The notes: generated by a model from the letters alone, not told the origin. Numbered from the stretch's first letter, positions 12,584-26,263 are shown. The stretch is 64,000 bases of DNA from Octopus sinensis (GCF_006345805.1 NC_043011.1:21774464-21838463); one strand, 5' to 3'. A program made the numbers and translations.

Positions 12584-12706
12584 ATGTAGGGCTTCATTGT
12601 ATTATTTTGTCCTTGGGCTTGTAAAGTTGTTAACACGGCCCTGTACTCTTATGAGCAGGTTCAATGGAAGGGACATAACTGTGTTGAAGACGGTTTTGTT
12701 TTCAGC

Positions 12707-12761
12707 ATGGCGAATAATTTGTTCGCTCGATCAATTTTGGAAAAATATGGTTGGAAAACGG
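12707..12761 (+). CDS. GPATCH4: G-patch domain-containing protein 4, coding exon 1 (MANNLFARSILEKYGWKTG)
   Basis: The G-patch start FA..IL.KYGW..G is followed by the donor G|gtaatt (phase 1). Confidence 0.9.
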
Positions 12762-13271
12762 GTAATTATTCAGATTTTCTCTTTCGTTTCGGCATTATTT
12801 TTCAGTTGTATTATCTGGAAGTGAACTTTGATGTAGGTAGTTGGGTTCATGTAGTTATTTCATACGTGGAACCATGTGTAAATACTTCCCTGAAATTGTA
12901 CGAAACTTCATTAATCCTTATCGTTGTGAAATTTTTGTTATAGTCATGACTTATTCCAAACAACGAATTTGAAGTCAACTGTATAAAATGACAGAAACAA
13001 TACTGAATTAAATGTTTTTCACTTTATAATTTTGTTCAAAGACCAGAGTCGATAAAATTAGAACTAAGTTGTGTACCAGGCAGCATATACATTGAGCTAT
13101 TATTTAAACGTGAGTCGTGCACTTCAGTCCAGAAAAGTTTAAGGGCTGTAGCGAAAGCAAAAGACGGTCATTCTGTTTTGCAAATTTATGTAAAATATTG
13201 TCAATAAATATAACAATCAACCTGTAAACTTCCATTAGCCAAAGCCTTAGACTGTTTATTTTATGATAAAA

Positions 13272-13648
13272 CTAGCAGTATCGCCCGGCGTTGCTCGGGT
13301 TTGTAAGGGAAATAACTATATAAGCATTTTTAGAGAGTTATAGCAAAAAAATGCAAAAGAAATGATGGTAAATTTTTTTTTAAATCGTTGACTCATCGTA
13401 GACATTTTTTAGAGAGTTACTTCCCTTATATAATAGCGAAAAAATGCATTAAAATGGAAAAAAATGATGGTAAATTTTTTTTTAAATCGTAGACTCATCG
13501 TAGACGCGCGCTAATACCCAGAAAGGCTCGATATGAATCACGACTATAAGATACCCGGTTTTGGTTAAACTGCACCGCAAAATGTGGGAGTAGTTAGGAA
13601 TCTAAATAGTAGGAGACAGACACACAACTTGACTTTTATGTATAAAGA
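13272..13648 (-). mobile_element. Non-autonomous Helitron-like element
   Basis: A|TC...cccgagcaacgccggg-cgatactg-CTAG|T on the minus strand, within GPATCH4 intron 1. Confidence 0.72.
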
Positions 13649-14420
13649 TGAATATTGGGTGTATATTGCTGCACTCTGTAATTAGTGATGTTCGTTTGAT
13701 TCACCACAATATCTCTTTCGCACAACTTTTTGGTCTTCAGTTGCAAGATATCGGGTACCATTCTTATATAGTAATTAAAAAGTACTAGCACTGATTAAAA
13801 AGATAAAGCAAAATAAAAACTACTCGTCATAAGAATCAGAAGCCCTAACAATTCAAACAATGAGCAATTGTCTACACAGCCAGTTTACTCGACTTGTTAA
13901 AAATAATCTTTGATTATAGGTTTGCTTAATAGGTTGATCTGAGTTTAAAGAACAATAACTCAAATGTAAATTGGTTTTTCTTAAACAGTTTGGAAAGGAA
14001 AAATCAAAACTAATATTTGAGGGTCCGTTTTTTTTTTTTACTTATTTATTTTGCATGTATTCGTAAACTATAGAGTTTCCATATTGCCATAAGTTATACT
14101 CATGAATTTTATATTTAAATAATATAATTCATAAATTGTATTAAATTTTATTGAAAATTACGTGGTATTCTCCTCTTAATGGCGTTTAAGAGCAACTATT
14201 TATAGGTTCTCTCAGAACTTTTGTTCTTGTTTAGCCCCAAATCAGCCATGATTGAGCATACTTATAATCAAAGACATTCCAGCCATGACCATAAATCTTT
14301 TTAACTGTATATAGTACAACGCCTACCCAGTTGAGGAAGATGTGAACTGATATTTCAAGCAGGACAATTGACTAAATAGAGGTTTTCCCATTGGTACATC
14401 CTTCAAAGCTGTTATACCTA

Positions 14421-14650
14421 TTTCTTTACTACCCACAAGGGGCTAAACAGAGAGAGGACAAACAAGAACAGACAAACGGGTTAAGTCGATTATATCGACC
14501 CCAGTGTGTAACTGGTACTTAATTTATCGACCCCGAGAGGATGAAAGGCAAAGTCGACCTCGACGGAATTTGAACTCAGAAAGTAGCAGCAGACGAAATA
14601 CGGCTATGCATTTCGCCCTGCGTGCTAACGTTTCTGCCAGCTTGCCGCCT
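14421..14650 (-). mobile_element. tRNA-derived SINE family 2 (Meta-domain-like middle)
   Basis: The minus strand reads gctggcagaa..ttagc...gagttcaaattcc..gaggtcgactttgcctttcatcct..ggggtcgataaa.taagtaccag. Other copies lie near 4797-5012, 20615-20826, 21072-21520, 30615-30825, 44126-44343, 48410-48610, 48995-49220, 52270-52465, 53372-53575 and 59713-59943. Confidence 0.85.
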
Positions 14651-14750
14651 TATACCAGCTTCAGTATATCTTTGCAGACATGTTTTTCCTGATTGTTTCG
14701 CTTGTAATCATTGCCTTTAAGAAATCTTTAAAATACTTTGTTTTCAACAG

Positions 14751-14824
14751 GTGCTGGCCTGGGAAAGGAGGAGCATGGAATTCAAGAACCTATCAAAGTT
14801 TCCTTAAAAAACAGCAAAAGTGGT
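14751..14824 (+). CDS. GPATCH4: GPATCH4 exon 2 (AGLGKEEHGIQEPIKVSLKNSKSG)
   Basis: Acceptor ttttcaacag and donor gtgagt. Contains the G-patch core GLGK..GI..PI. Phases are consistent. Confidence 0.93.
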
Positions 14825-17331
14825 GTGAGTGATTTTCTAACCAATTCTTTAAATTGAGTTTCTTACCCTTCAAATTACTGCAATATACAAGAAGACATAC
14901 AACTTGTATCATGGCATCTGAGATCATGATTGAAAGTATTAGATGGACTCTGTAGGGTCTTGCTGATCAGATGAGGTTATTGTGTGGAAGGGTAGTATAA
15001 AATAGGTGTGCGGCTATTTTGAAAATACTTCATAGAGTGACAACTGTCCCTGCAGCATGGCAGATTGTGAAGAGGTATAGGAAGAACTCACAATCAGTGG
15101 GGCATTCTAATTATTTGTTTCCAGCCTTTGTAAACCCTCCATATTTGTCAAGGCCCATGTCTCACTACTATTCAGCACTATGTTCTTGTAAACAAACATT
15201 ATACAATCTTTTATCTTTTACTTGTTTCAGTCATTAAGCTGAGGCCATGCTGGGGCACTGCCTTTAAGAATCTTTTAGTCAAATGAACCAACCCCAATTT
15301 CTTTGTTTTTTTTTTTAAACTGGGACTTATTCTATTGGTCTCTTTTTTGTGTTTAAACCAGCAATATCCAGCCAAAATATTCCACTCATTTTATATTGAA
15401 ACAGGCGATATCCAGCCTCTTGCACTTACCCTTCAATGTCAGTGTATAAGAATAACAGTCACATCACCAAAATTTCAAAGCTATGAGATAATGAGATAAT
15501 TAGTTCAGAACAATGTGAGTAAATAAGCATTACATTTGACAGTAATCTGAATAATAAAGGTCTAAAGACTTTTTGATAATATAGCTCTTCTTTATTTTAA
15601 CTTTGTTAAAACATATCTATTTTGAAGCAGACATGGCCATGGTTTTAAGAAGAGTACTTCAAAATTATATGGTTTTGGCTGTTTTAGCTAACTTAGATTC
15701 CACTGTGTGGTACCATGAACTGGTATCTTCTTGCAAAACCCTTCTGAGTGAACTTTGGTTGACAGGAGCTGTGTGGAAGGCTATTGGAGGAACCGTTCTT
15801 GCTCTTGGGTGGGAGACTTGATCTGTTTACCTTGTTTTACACCACCACCTGGCCCTTGGATACTTTTTGTAGGCATTTGAACCAAGTCTCCAGTCTGAGA
15901 GTAATTTGCTTCCTTCTTTCTACCAGTCTTGGAGTCACTGAAAAATGTCATAGTCACTATCCTTTCTCCTGTAACAAGTCGTAAAAACAAAACAAGAAAA
16001 CAGATAACAGTTATCATCATATTGATTAGAAATCTTGTTGGAGTTTACACTCTGAGTTTTGACATAACTTAAAAAACTGCTCATCTTATCTCGAGTATCT
16101 CAATATTTTTTAAACAACAATTTCTCTATTCCATTTGAATTAAGCTAATAGGGAACTTTTAAAAAACAGTGTAATGAAACCATGAAGGCTTCCGGTATCA
16201 TATTCTTTACAATCTGTTAAACTTTATATTCTCTGCATACATATACCATGGTGTATTAAAAAATTTATCCCCTTGAGCATAACATGGGTGAGAAGGCACC
16301 ATCTAGTTAGGGTCAGAGCACCCTATGTCCCCAGCTGCTTGCTATTTTTTGTGTTACAACCTTTATTGCATTTCCTGTATTGATTGGGACAAATAGCATC
16401 CCATGTCCTTTGGGCATTTTCAGGTGTGATTTTGTCAATAGTCTGTTGATTAATTGGTATTGATTTTTACCAATAGTTTATCATCTGAGTAAACAAGAAG
16501 AATTATGCCAGGAAAAAAGGATCTCAAATCAGTAAGTGTAGTGGGGGAGCATCATAACCATGTGTGGAGAGGGTTTGTGGGGTTTGAATAAATGTAACAA
16601 AAATAAAGTCTGAAGGAAATATTAATCATTTTTCATACTTTCTAGGGGTAAGCAAATAGGAAATATCAGTTGCTACCCAAGGACAAAAATTGAATTACAC
16701 AGTGTAACTCAACTTTGCTCACAATACAAGTGAAAGAATTGCTGGTGGACCATTTTCTCTTTCTCAAAACAACGCTTCCACTCATTAAGATAGGTTTGTT
16801 TTTATTTGACAATATGTGTTGTCAATATCATTATTCAAATTGTTCTAATTGACATTGTTAAACATTTGAATACCATTTTTCATGTGTACATTGTAGGCAC
16901 CTTACTATGATCTTTTTTCATTTTCTTTTGAGAAGGCATTTCTTGAGCAAGAAGCCACACTGAATTGAATGTAAACAGAAAGAGAAAAATAGAATCATGT
17001 CCAAAAATGACAGCCCTTGTGTCTTCTCTGGTGCGGGATAGCTGTCTACAGTATTCCAGGAGGTTACCTGTTGAAAATTATCCCAAAAAGAATATTTTTC
17101 TTCCAGTTATACTTGGTAAGAAGTTCAAAATTCTCAGAGCAAAAGCAAAGGCACATCTGTTCACAATGATGTACAATAATAATAATTTTTTACATGGGTG
17201 TGAAGCCTTACGTTACAGCAAGAGGGAAAAGTCAATTACGTTAACCCCAGTACTTTACTGGCACTGTGTTTTATTGAACACAAAAAAGATTAAAGGCAAA
17301 GTTGACCACAGTAAGATTTGCACACAACATA

Positions 17332-17718
17332 TGGGATGGAAGCGCTCCATCAGTTACGATGACGAGGATTCCGGTTGATCTGATTAACGGAACAGCCTGC
17401 TCGTGAAATTAATGTGTAAGTGGCTGAGCACTCCACAGACACGTGTACCCTTAACGTAGTTCTCGGGGATATTCAGTGTGACACAGAGAGTGACAAGGCC
17501 GGCCCTTTGAAATACAGGTACAACAGAAACAGGAAGTAAGAGTGAGAGAAAGTTGTGGTGAAAGAGTACAGCAGGGATCACCACCATCCCTGCAGGAGCC
17601 TCGTGGAGCTTTAGGTGTTTTCGCTCAATAAACACTCACAACGCCCGGTCTGGGAATCGAAACCGTGATCCTACGACTGCGAGACCGCTGCCCTAACCAC
17701 TGGGCCATTGCGCCTCCA
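17332..17718 (-). mobile_element. SINE family 3 copy with a 13-bp TSD, nested in a family-2 SINE
   Basis: Reverse homologue of 35183-35552. The TSD tgcacacaacata lies at 17319-17331 and 17719-17731. Confidence 0.9.
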
Positions 17719-18003
17719 TGCACACAACATAAAGAGCTAGAACAAATGAGGCAAGGTATTTTTTCCAAAGCATTAGTGATTCTGCTTATCCAGTACCCTT
17801 TTAATAATTGTTTCTAATATAGGCACTTTTCCATCCTCCCCATCATCAGCTTCCACACATATCTTGTGTATACAGTTAGATTCCTATGATCTATTGTAGT
17901 TGAGCATCCAGTGGCACTTGGAACATCCACTTCAGAGGATGCTAATAGCTTCAATGGTGAAATGTACACAGGAATAAATGACATAAAACTTGTATTTATC
18001 ATA

Positions 18004-18090
<87 letters not shown>

Positions 18091-18665
18091 CCTGTCTACC
18101 ACTGCAGAATTGATGGCGGTGCTGGAGTCACATAAAAAGCATCCTGTACACGCTGTAGAGTGGTTGGTGTTAGAAAAGGCATCCAGCCACAGAAACCATA
18201 CCAGAACAGACAATGGAGCCTGGTGCATCCCCCTGGCTTTACCAGCTCCAGTCAAACCATCCAACCCATGCCGGCATGGAAAATGGATGTTAAGTGATGA
18301 TGATGATGACATAGAGCAAATGAAGTTTATTGAGACAGATTTTCTATGGCTAGATGCCCCCCTGTCACCAGTCCTCACCTGTTTCCAAGTAAGGTTGTAT
18401 TTCTGCACGGCCAGGTGTTTATGCAGAATATTGGAAATGAATGCTACTGCTTGTATGACAGTGATATTCATTTACAACCGTCACGTTATGTCAAGACAAG
18501 GTAAGACACTCACATACACACACACATATATATATATATAAACATATACATATATATATATATATACATACTTATATATATATAAAAAACAATCTAATTT
18601 TTATATATATATAAACGGCGGTGCATCAGCATGGCCGCAGCTCTGAGCTGAAACTAGAAAAAAAA

Positions 18666-18707
<42 letters not shown>

Positions 18708-18991
18708 CGCTCAGAGAGTTAATATATGTATTAAGGGTATTACTATACATAATGCCTCACTCTAGGAGGGACTCTAACAGTCAAAACTACATAATAAATA
18801 AACATTCTACTGAACTCAAGGGAATGCAACTCTCGAAGCAAGCATTTTAAAAACAGAATTCAGCTGCATATCATATGATTTCATAATTAGTGCACAAAAT
18901 GCACTTTTCAATCGTCAGTGCAAGCATAATTCAAGATACATATGTATCTTGAATTATATATATATATTTTTTTTTTTCTTATTTTCTGTAG

Positions 18992-19072
18992 CTTGGACAT
19001 ATTCCGGGAAGCGATCTTACAAGAAACTGGTGGGATCAAATGTATAATGATGCTGCTAAGAAGATTTCTGTG
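18992..19072 (+). CDS. GPATCH4: GPATCH4 exon 3 (LGHIPGSDLTRNWWDQMYNDAAKKISV)
   Basis: Acceptor ttctgtag and donor gtaaga. Similar to human [24 protein letters not shown]. Confidence 0.92.
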
Positions 19073-22000
19073 GTAAGACACAAGTTGCTTACTTTTTAAT
19101 GATCACTAAAATCCTTTTTCTTTTATAGTACTTTTCAATGAAAAGGTCTTCAGATTCAGTCCCACTGCACAGCACCTCTAGTGTATATCTTCTACTATAG
19201 CCCAAGGCTGACCAATGCCTTGTGGGTGAATTTTGTGGAGAGAAACAGTGTGAAAGCCCATTGTGTGTGTGTGTGTGTGTGTGTATCTGTAATACATTAA
19301 AAGTCAGTTTGAATCTTGCTTGCTTGCTTGCAATGTTACCCAGCCAAATTGTCACATAATGGGAAAATACTATGAATTAAGTTTACCCTGAAATGTTAAT
19401 ATGAACGGAATAAAACAAATTTTGTGTGAATCAGACAAGTAGTTTTAAAGATGTTAGAGGTTTTTGGGTATAGATACCCAAAATGGTGCATAATGGGAAA
19501 ATATTCCGAAAATAATCTTCGTCCTGAAAGGGAAGAGACTCTTATCTTTCTATTAGACAGTGACTTGAGAAAGAAAAAATATGAGTATTTTACTGTAAAT
19601 GTTTCTATTTTCACATTTGTTAAACAATATTTTAATTATTTAGAAATATTTTTAAGTGAATGTGAATTCAAAAATATAAGTTGCTTGTACAGTAAGTATT
19701 TATATTTTAGCTTTCTTTAAACCAAAAATTTTAATGTATTTTAAAATTATCAAGTGAATACCATTACAAAAATTTTTGTTTGGCATATTTAAAAAAATAT
19801 TTTTAAGTGAAAATGACTTTAAAAATACAGTAAATATTTCATAAAAGATCCATTTTTAACCTTGGTGTGAAATAGTTTTTTTCCATAGGTTTTTTCGAGT
19901 GCATTCAACAAATCTCGCCGCCAAAGATTTGGCTGCTTTTTCTAGCATGCCATGCTACCTTGTAACAGCTATTTGCGATAAAGGACCCAAAATACCTGTT
20001 ACATGGTAGCAGAGTGTGCAAGAAATAGCAGCCAAATCTTTCCTTTTCTGGGGAAAGGAGCCGTTTACACATGATTTTTATGTCACGATCATTGAAAGCA
20101 TGCAAAATATCCTGGAAAAGAAAAAAAAACCTACAAAACAAAACTCCATTGCTGGGAAACTCTGAGTTTCCTGGTGACCCCCACAGGTAGTCTAATATAT
20201 ATCTGTGTGTCTTTGTGTCTCTTCCACCACCACCATCACTGCTTCACAACTAGTGTTAGTTTATATCCTCTTAACATAGCAGTTCAGCATATGAGAATAA
20301 GTACCAGACTTTAAAAAAATAAGTACTGAGGGTCAATTTGTTTGACTCAAAAGCCTACAAAGTAGTACCCTAGCATGGCCATCATCCAGTGACTGAAACA
20401 AGTAAAAGATAAATGAGTGGTTGCTTGATCTGCTAAAAAAAACAGTAGGCAAATATCTCTTGTCATACCCTTCCACATTAAAAAAGGTAAGAATATCTCA
20501 ACAGTGCAGGCCTAGTTAAAACTGTTTTCAAGAAAGAGACAAGAAATTATACCTCCACCATCTCAGACAAGGAGGGCACATAAGATAATGTGGTCCTGAT
20601 TTCCTTATACATGTTGGTTTCAAATTTTGGCACAAGGCCAGCATTTCAGGGAATTGGATAAGCTGATTATATCAACCTTGGTGTTCAACTGGTACTTATT
20701 TTATCAACCCTGAAAAGATGAGAGGCAAAGTCAACCTTGGCAACATTTGAACTCAGAACATATAGTCGAACGAAATACCACAAAGCATTTTGATGGTGTG
20801 CTAACGATTCTGCCAGCTCACTACCTTAAATCTATACATATTAAAAAGATGGATAAGTCACAACTGGAATGTGTTTGATTATAGGTTTGCTTGATCAGGG
20901 CTGACCTAGGGTTAAGCAGTAACAATAGCAACAGTCTTTATCAATATTCTTAGATTTGTTTTCATCCTTTCAGGGTTGATAAAATAAGTACCAGTTGATA
21001 TAACTGACTTGCATCCTCCAAAGTTGCTGGTCTTGTACCAAAATTTGAAACCATTGTTTTTAGATTTGTACAGGCAGCAAGCTGGCAGAATCAGCAGGCT
21101 GGGTAAAATGCCTAGTGGTGTGGCATTTCATCTGTATTGACATTCTGAGTTCAAATACCTCTGAGGCTGAGTTCACCTTTCATTCTTTCGGAGTTGATAA
21201 AATAAGTACCAGTTGACCACTGGAATCAATCTAATTGACTTGCCCAGCCCCCAAAATTGCTGGCCTTGTGCCAAAATTTGAAACTAGTATTTTTAAGTTT
21301 GTAAGGTGGTGGGCTGGTAGAATCATTACTGTACTGGGGAAAATGCTTAGCAGCATTTCTTCCATCTTTATATTCTGAGTTCAAATGCTGCCGAGGTCAA
21401 CTTAGCCTTTCGTCCTTTTGGAGTCAATAAAATAAGTACCAGTTGAGTGCTGGGATCAATGTAATTGATTTAACCCCTTCCCCAGAGTTGCTGGCCTTGT
21501 GTTAAAATTTGAAATCAATATTTCCAGATTTGGAAATGCCAAGAAAGCAAAATTTCACAAGAGCACTTTAGAAATGTTAAGTCCTAACATATTGATGTTT
21601 AGTCCTAGAACTCTGATCAAACAGCCCTATAGTCAAAGGATCAAAGACGTTCCAACTTTGACTATTTTGCTTTTATGTTTATGATTACATGGCTCGTTGT
21701 GTCTTTCATCTTTCACTTGTTTCTGCTTTTGAAATGAGCTCATGCTGGGGTACTCCCTTAAAGGGTTTAGTCAAACAAATTGATCCCAGTACATTTTTTT
21801 TAAAGTCTGATATTTATTTTATCAGTCGCGTTTGCCAAACCACTAAATGCCCGGGATATTAACAAAAGAATACAAGTTGTCAAACAGTGTGTTGGGGACA
21901 AACACAAATACAAAGACCCACACATATAATATATATGATAAGTTTCCACATAGTTCCTGTTTGCCAAATTTACTCGCAAGGCATTGGTTGGCCTGGAGTT

Positions 22001-23069
22001 ATAATAAAAGAGTCTTGCCCAAGGTGCCATTCAGTGAAATTGAACCTGAATCCACATGGTTGCAAAACAAGATTCCTAACCACACAGCCATACTGAGTGT
22101 TTTTTTTCTCTCTTAATGGTAATTTCAGGAAGATTTAACTGCTATTTCTACCAAGTTTAGCAAGCAAATAGAGCCTCCTTCATTGGCTTGATGTTTATGT
22201 GAACACCAGTGTAACTGGCTGGTGTAAAACAGTAACATTAACACTGAAACTGAGTGATTCATGAAGATGTAGTACTAACACAACAACAACAACAAGCATT
22301 TCAAAGCCATTTTCCTTGGTAAAGCGGGTTTTAACATTATGGAAACTTTTATATCAAATTCCACTCCGTTTGTAGCATTTGGACCTGTCTCCAGTTTGAA
22401 ATAACCCAAGAGCAGTGGTTGATTCCTTCCATCCTTCTCCTCACCAGTCTTAGGAATCCTGCAATAAAATCATGGGTACTGCTTTCCTCTAAGCCACTAG
22501 AAAAAGAAATAATAGATCAACTCTGCTCAAGCAAGCCGTATGATCAAAGGTGTTTCGGCCATGATCTTCCTATCCTTTTGTAACATCAGAAACTTCATTG
22601 TCTTCTTTATCCGTCTTTAAGATAATAGTGTGTCATTTTGGGAAGCTTTCATTGCTGTTTCTAACAGCTTGATCAATCACATAGAGGGCTGCTTTGTTGG
22701 CTCTTATCAATACAGTCTTTTCATAAGGAGTTGTTATGATAGACATTTTGCAGTGTACTTTACTGATAAGTCACTCCCTGTAATGTATCTATATGTTTAT
22801 TCTTATATAAGTTACTTAACACCTTAATTATTATCTTAATTATAGTATGTTTGGACACATTTTGTTTGAGAGTCAACCAGCAGTGCTATATGTCCAAGAT
22901 GCTGGGCCTCTTTACTGCTGGTATCAAGTACTGCTGAGGGACACACATCATGAGTACAAGTCATAAGATCACACTATATCAGTCAAATGCCTCAAAAGCT
23001 GCAATGCTCTCTCCCTCCCTCCCTCCCTCTCTCTGTATCTATCTCTATCTCTCTCTTTTTTCTATATAA

Positions 23070-23412
23070 GTGCCAGCGCCGCCCCGACTGGCCTCCGTGC
23101 CCGTGGCACATAAAAAGCACCATCCATTCATGGCCGTTGCCAGCCTCGCCTGGCCTCCGTGTTTGTGGCACATAAAAAGCACCATCCGTCCGTGGCCGTT
23201 TGCCAGCCCCGTCTGGCACCTGTGCCGGTGGCACGTAAAAAGCACCCACTACACTCACGGAGTGGTTGGCATTAGGAAGGGCATCCAGCCGTAGAAACAC
23301 TGCCAGATCAGACTGGGCCTGATGCAGCCTTCTGGCTTCCCAGACCCCAGTTGAACCGTCCAACCCATGCTAGCATGGAAAGCGGACACTAAATGATGAT
23401 GATGATGATGAT
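23070..23412 (+). mobile_element. RTE LINE 3' UTR fragment
   Basis: Shares the 3' end gtggttggc.ttaggaagggcatccagc...ccaacccatgctagcatgg...(GAT)n. Shorter or older copies lie near 18120-18309, 26363-26548 (-), 28228-28745, 54235-54396 and 57961-58130. Confidence 0.88.
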
Positions 23413-23582
23413 CCATCCCCAATTCAATCAACCTTACATCTTTCATCACCTGGAGTAATTAACCCTTCTTATGCAAAAATATATCTTGCTATTATCTATT
23501 TACAGTGTTCTTCGTAACAAAAACTTTTTATAAAAGTATTTCTTCAACATTTATTCAATTTACTCCACCCATTTCTTTGCAG

Positions 23583-23669
23583 AACACTGATAATAATGAA
23601 AAACCGAAGCAGGAAAAGATAAGAGAAGAAAGTTCTCCAAAGAATTTATTGTATGGTAATTTCCTCCAG
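23583..23669 (+). CDS. GPATCH4: GPATCH4 exon 4 (NTDNNEKPKQEKIREESSPKNLLYGNFLQ)
   Basis: Acceptor tttctttgcag and donor gtaaca. NLLYGNF resembles the conserved NLLYQKFVK motif. Phase 0-0. Confidence 0.85.
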
Positions 23670-23968
23670 GTAACATCTTCCTACCATTTGCTTAAGAAAT
23701 GTTTGATTTTGATTCAAATAATTTGGATTATCGATCATGTGTTTCAGTGGAGTTTCTAAATAGTCACTCAATTTGTTAGAAATTAACAGCTAAATTACCT
23801 TCAAATTGCAAACTCTTATCTTTAACCTTTTAGTATTCACATTATTTTGTAGCTTTGAGAATTTGAAAAGGTAACTGTTGGTTTTAGAATGATGTAGGAG
23901 GGTTGGTGTGAGTAGCCAGATCTGGCCAGTTTCAAACATGAAACAAGTAGATTATTTGGGCTGGATAT

Positions 23969-24178
23969 ACTCTTTTACTTGTTTCAGTCATGTGACTGTG
24001 GCCATGCTGGAGCACCGCCTTCAGTCGATCAAATCGACCCCAGGACTTATTCTTTGTAAGCCTAGTATTTATTTTATCGGTCTCTTTTTTGCCGAACTGC
24101 TAAGTTACGGGAACATAAACACACCAGCATCGGTTGTCAAGCGATGTTGGGAGGACAAATACAGACACACAAACACGC

Positions 24179-24243
<65 letters not shown>

Positions 24244-24410
24244 TACGACAAGCTTCTTTCAGTTTCCGTCTACCAAATCCACTCACAAGGCTTTGGTCGG
24301 CCCGAGGCTATAGTAGAAGACACTTACCCAAGGTGCTACGCAGTGGGACTTAACCCGGAACCATGTGGTTCATAAGCAAGCTACTTACCACACAGCCACT
24401 CCTACGCCTA
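23969..24410 (-). mobile_element. SINE family 1 copy, inserted in a piggyBac-type MITE
   Basis: Full-length reverse copy. MITE sequence resumes on both sides. Confidence 0.88.
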
Positions 24411-24796
24411 TGGTCAGTTTAAATGCTTAACGGTTAAATGCTAAAAGAAATGACAGATGTTTCACAACTTGGTCATATTTTAAATCCAGTGGGAATCCAG
24501 TTAGTCTGTGTCACTGTATGATGGCATATCCAAAGGGAAAACAATAAAGTAACAAAGGTACATCATTGTTATCATCATACGTTTTAACATCCATTTTACT
24601 CATGCTTGCATTGAGGCAGATTTTCTTTGATCAGATGCCCATCCTGTTGTTTTATCCCTCACTTGTTTCTAATCAAGGTAATATTTTCTCATGGCCAGAC
24701 ATAATTTGCACAATATTGGAATTGAATGACATTACTTCCAAGATGAGGACACTCATTTACAGCTATGTCAAGACAAAGAGACACACACATACAGTG

Positions 24797-24949
<153 letters not shown>

Positions 24950-24967
24950 TATATACATATATATATA

Positions 24968-25166
24968 TTCAAAATGTGACCGCGTGTGTACCGTTGGCGA
25001 TTTTTTTTCCTCTGTCCTCCCTTCTCTGGATCTTTCCTTCTCCTATGTTTCCGACGAAGAGCTCCGCTCGAAACGTTAAACCCTCCTTCTTTCCTGAGCA
25101 TCCAATAATACTATATTTGTTCCACGTCCTCGCGTTGTGTTTTTTTGTGCTTTCTTGTTTGGATTA

Positions 25167-25172
<6 letters not shown>
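24968..25172 (+). mobile_element. (TA)n-embedded pLTR-like element with a hammerhead-like motif at 25047-25081
   Basis: gttt-CCGACGA-a-gagc tcc gctc-GAAA-cg-TT-aaac. A second copy lies at 52958-53152 (-). Confidence 0.55.
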
Positions 25173-25216
<44 letters not shown>

Positions 25217-25659
25217 GGTGAGAAATTTGATATCAATTTAATTAACATAAATTTCACACCAGTGGTCTAGCATATAAAAATCTGAAGGTTCAGTAAAATT
25301 GCATTATATACATACGAGAGGGATGACCACTATGTGGACAACCCTTATGCTAGAAGTAGATCCGCTATGGTTTTTACCACTAAGAAATGTTCTCAAGAAA
25401 AATTTAGCAAACACCAGAACGTAATTGAGCAAGACAAAAGCAAAGCAACAAAAATATGGATTATTCACATACATGTTTCACTATTAACATATTACGTAAT
25501 TTTACTTACGCAATTTGTCTGTAGATCTTTGGTGTGACCATCCGAACAAATATAACTTTGTGCAGACGTCCTAGTATATAATTCTGCAAATTATATACAA
25601 GTCCGACTTTGTGCAGACATCCTAGTATATAGTTCTGCCGTAATCCTTGCCTTTAGTTC

Positions 25660-26263
25660 ATCTTTGCATTACAAGGAGTTTTGTTGGTTTCTCTCTCAAC
25701 TGTGTCCTACACATAATAATCGAGATGGGGTGCAGTCTGGAGAGTTAGGTGGCCAGATGTAAGGGTGATGTAGTCGCAGAAATTATCTGCAGCTACAACT
25801 GGGTTCTTGTGTGGCATGGTGCAGAGTCCTGTTGCCAGACGTAGGGTCTTCCAGTAACCATCCTCTTGACTCAGGGCAGCACTACCTCCTCCAGGCACTT
25901 GATGTAGACTTCTGTGAGAAGTCTGAGGCTGTGTGGGAAGATGAATGGAGGCATAATATCGTCATCACTAGTGATCACTCCAAACACCATGATGTTGACT
26001 GGATGTTTGATTGAGATTGCACTGTCCTCAGACTGACAGCCAGATACTCTGAAATGTTCATATTGGAGCTTCCAGCATGAATGCCAAGCAGTACAGCATG
26101 TCATTTCCAAATTTCTGGTAGAGTGAATTGCATTATGGTGCTGCTTTTCTCACAGACAGTGCCCAACTGACCCTACTATACTGTGTAGTTGACAATATCA
26201 AAAACAATGTACATATGCAAAATTAAAAAATATAAAATGGCGACATACCCATTGCACCCTGTA
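25660..26263 (-). mobile_element. Mariner-like remnant, same family as 50843-51704
   Basis: Contains KHPVNIMVFGVITSDDDIMPPFIFPHSLRL and ends in caccctgta. Confidence 0.78.
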
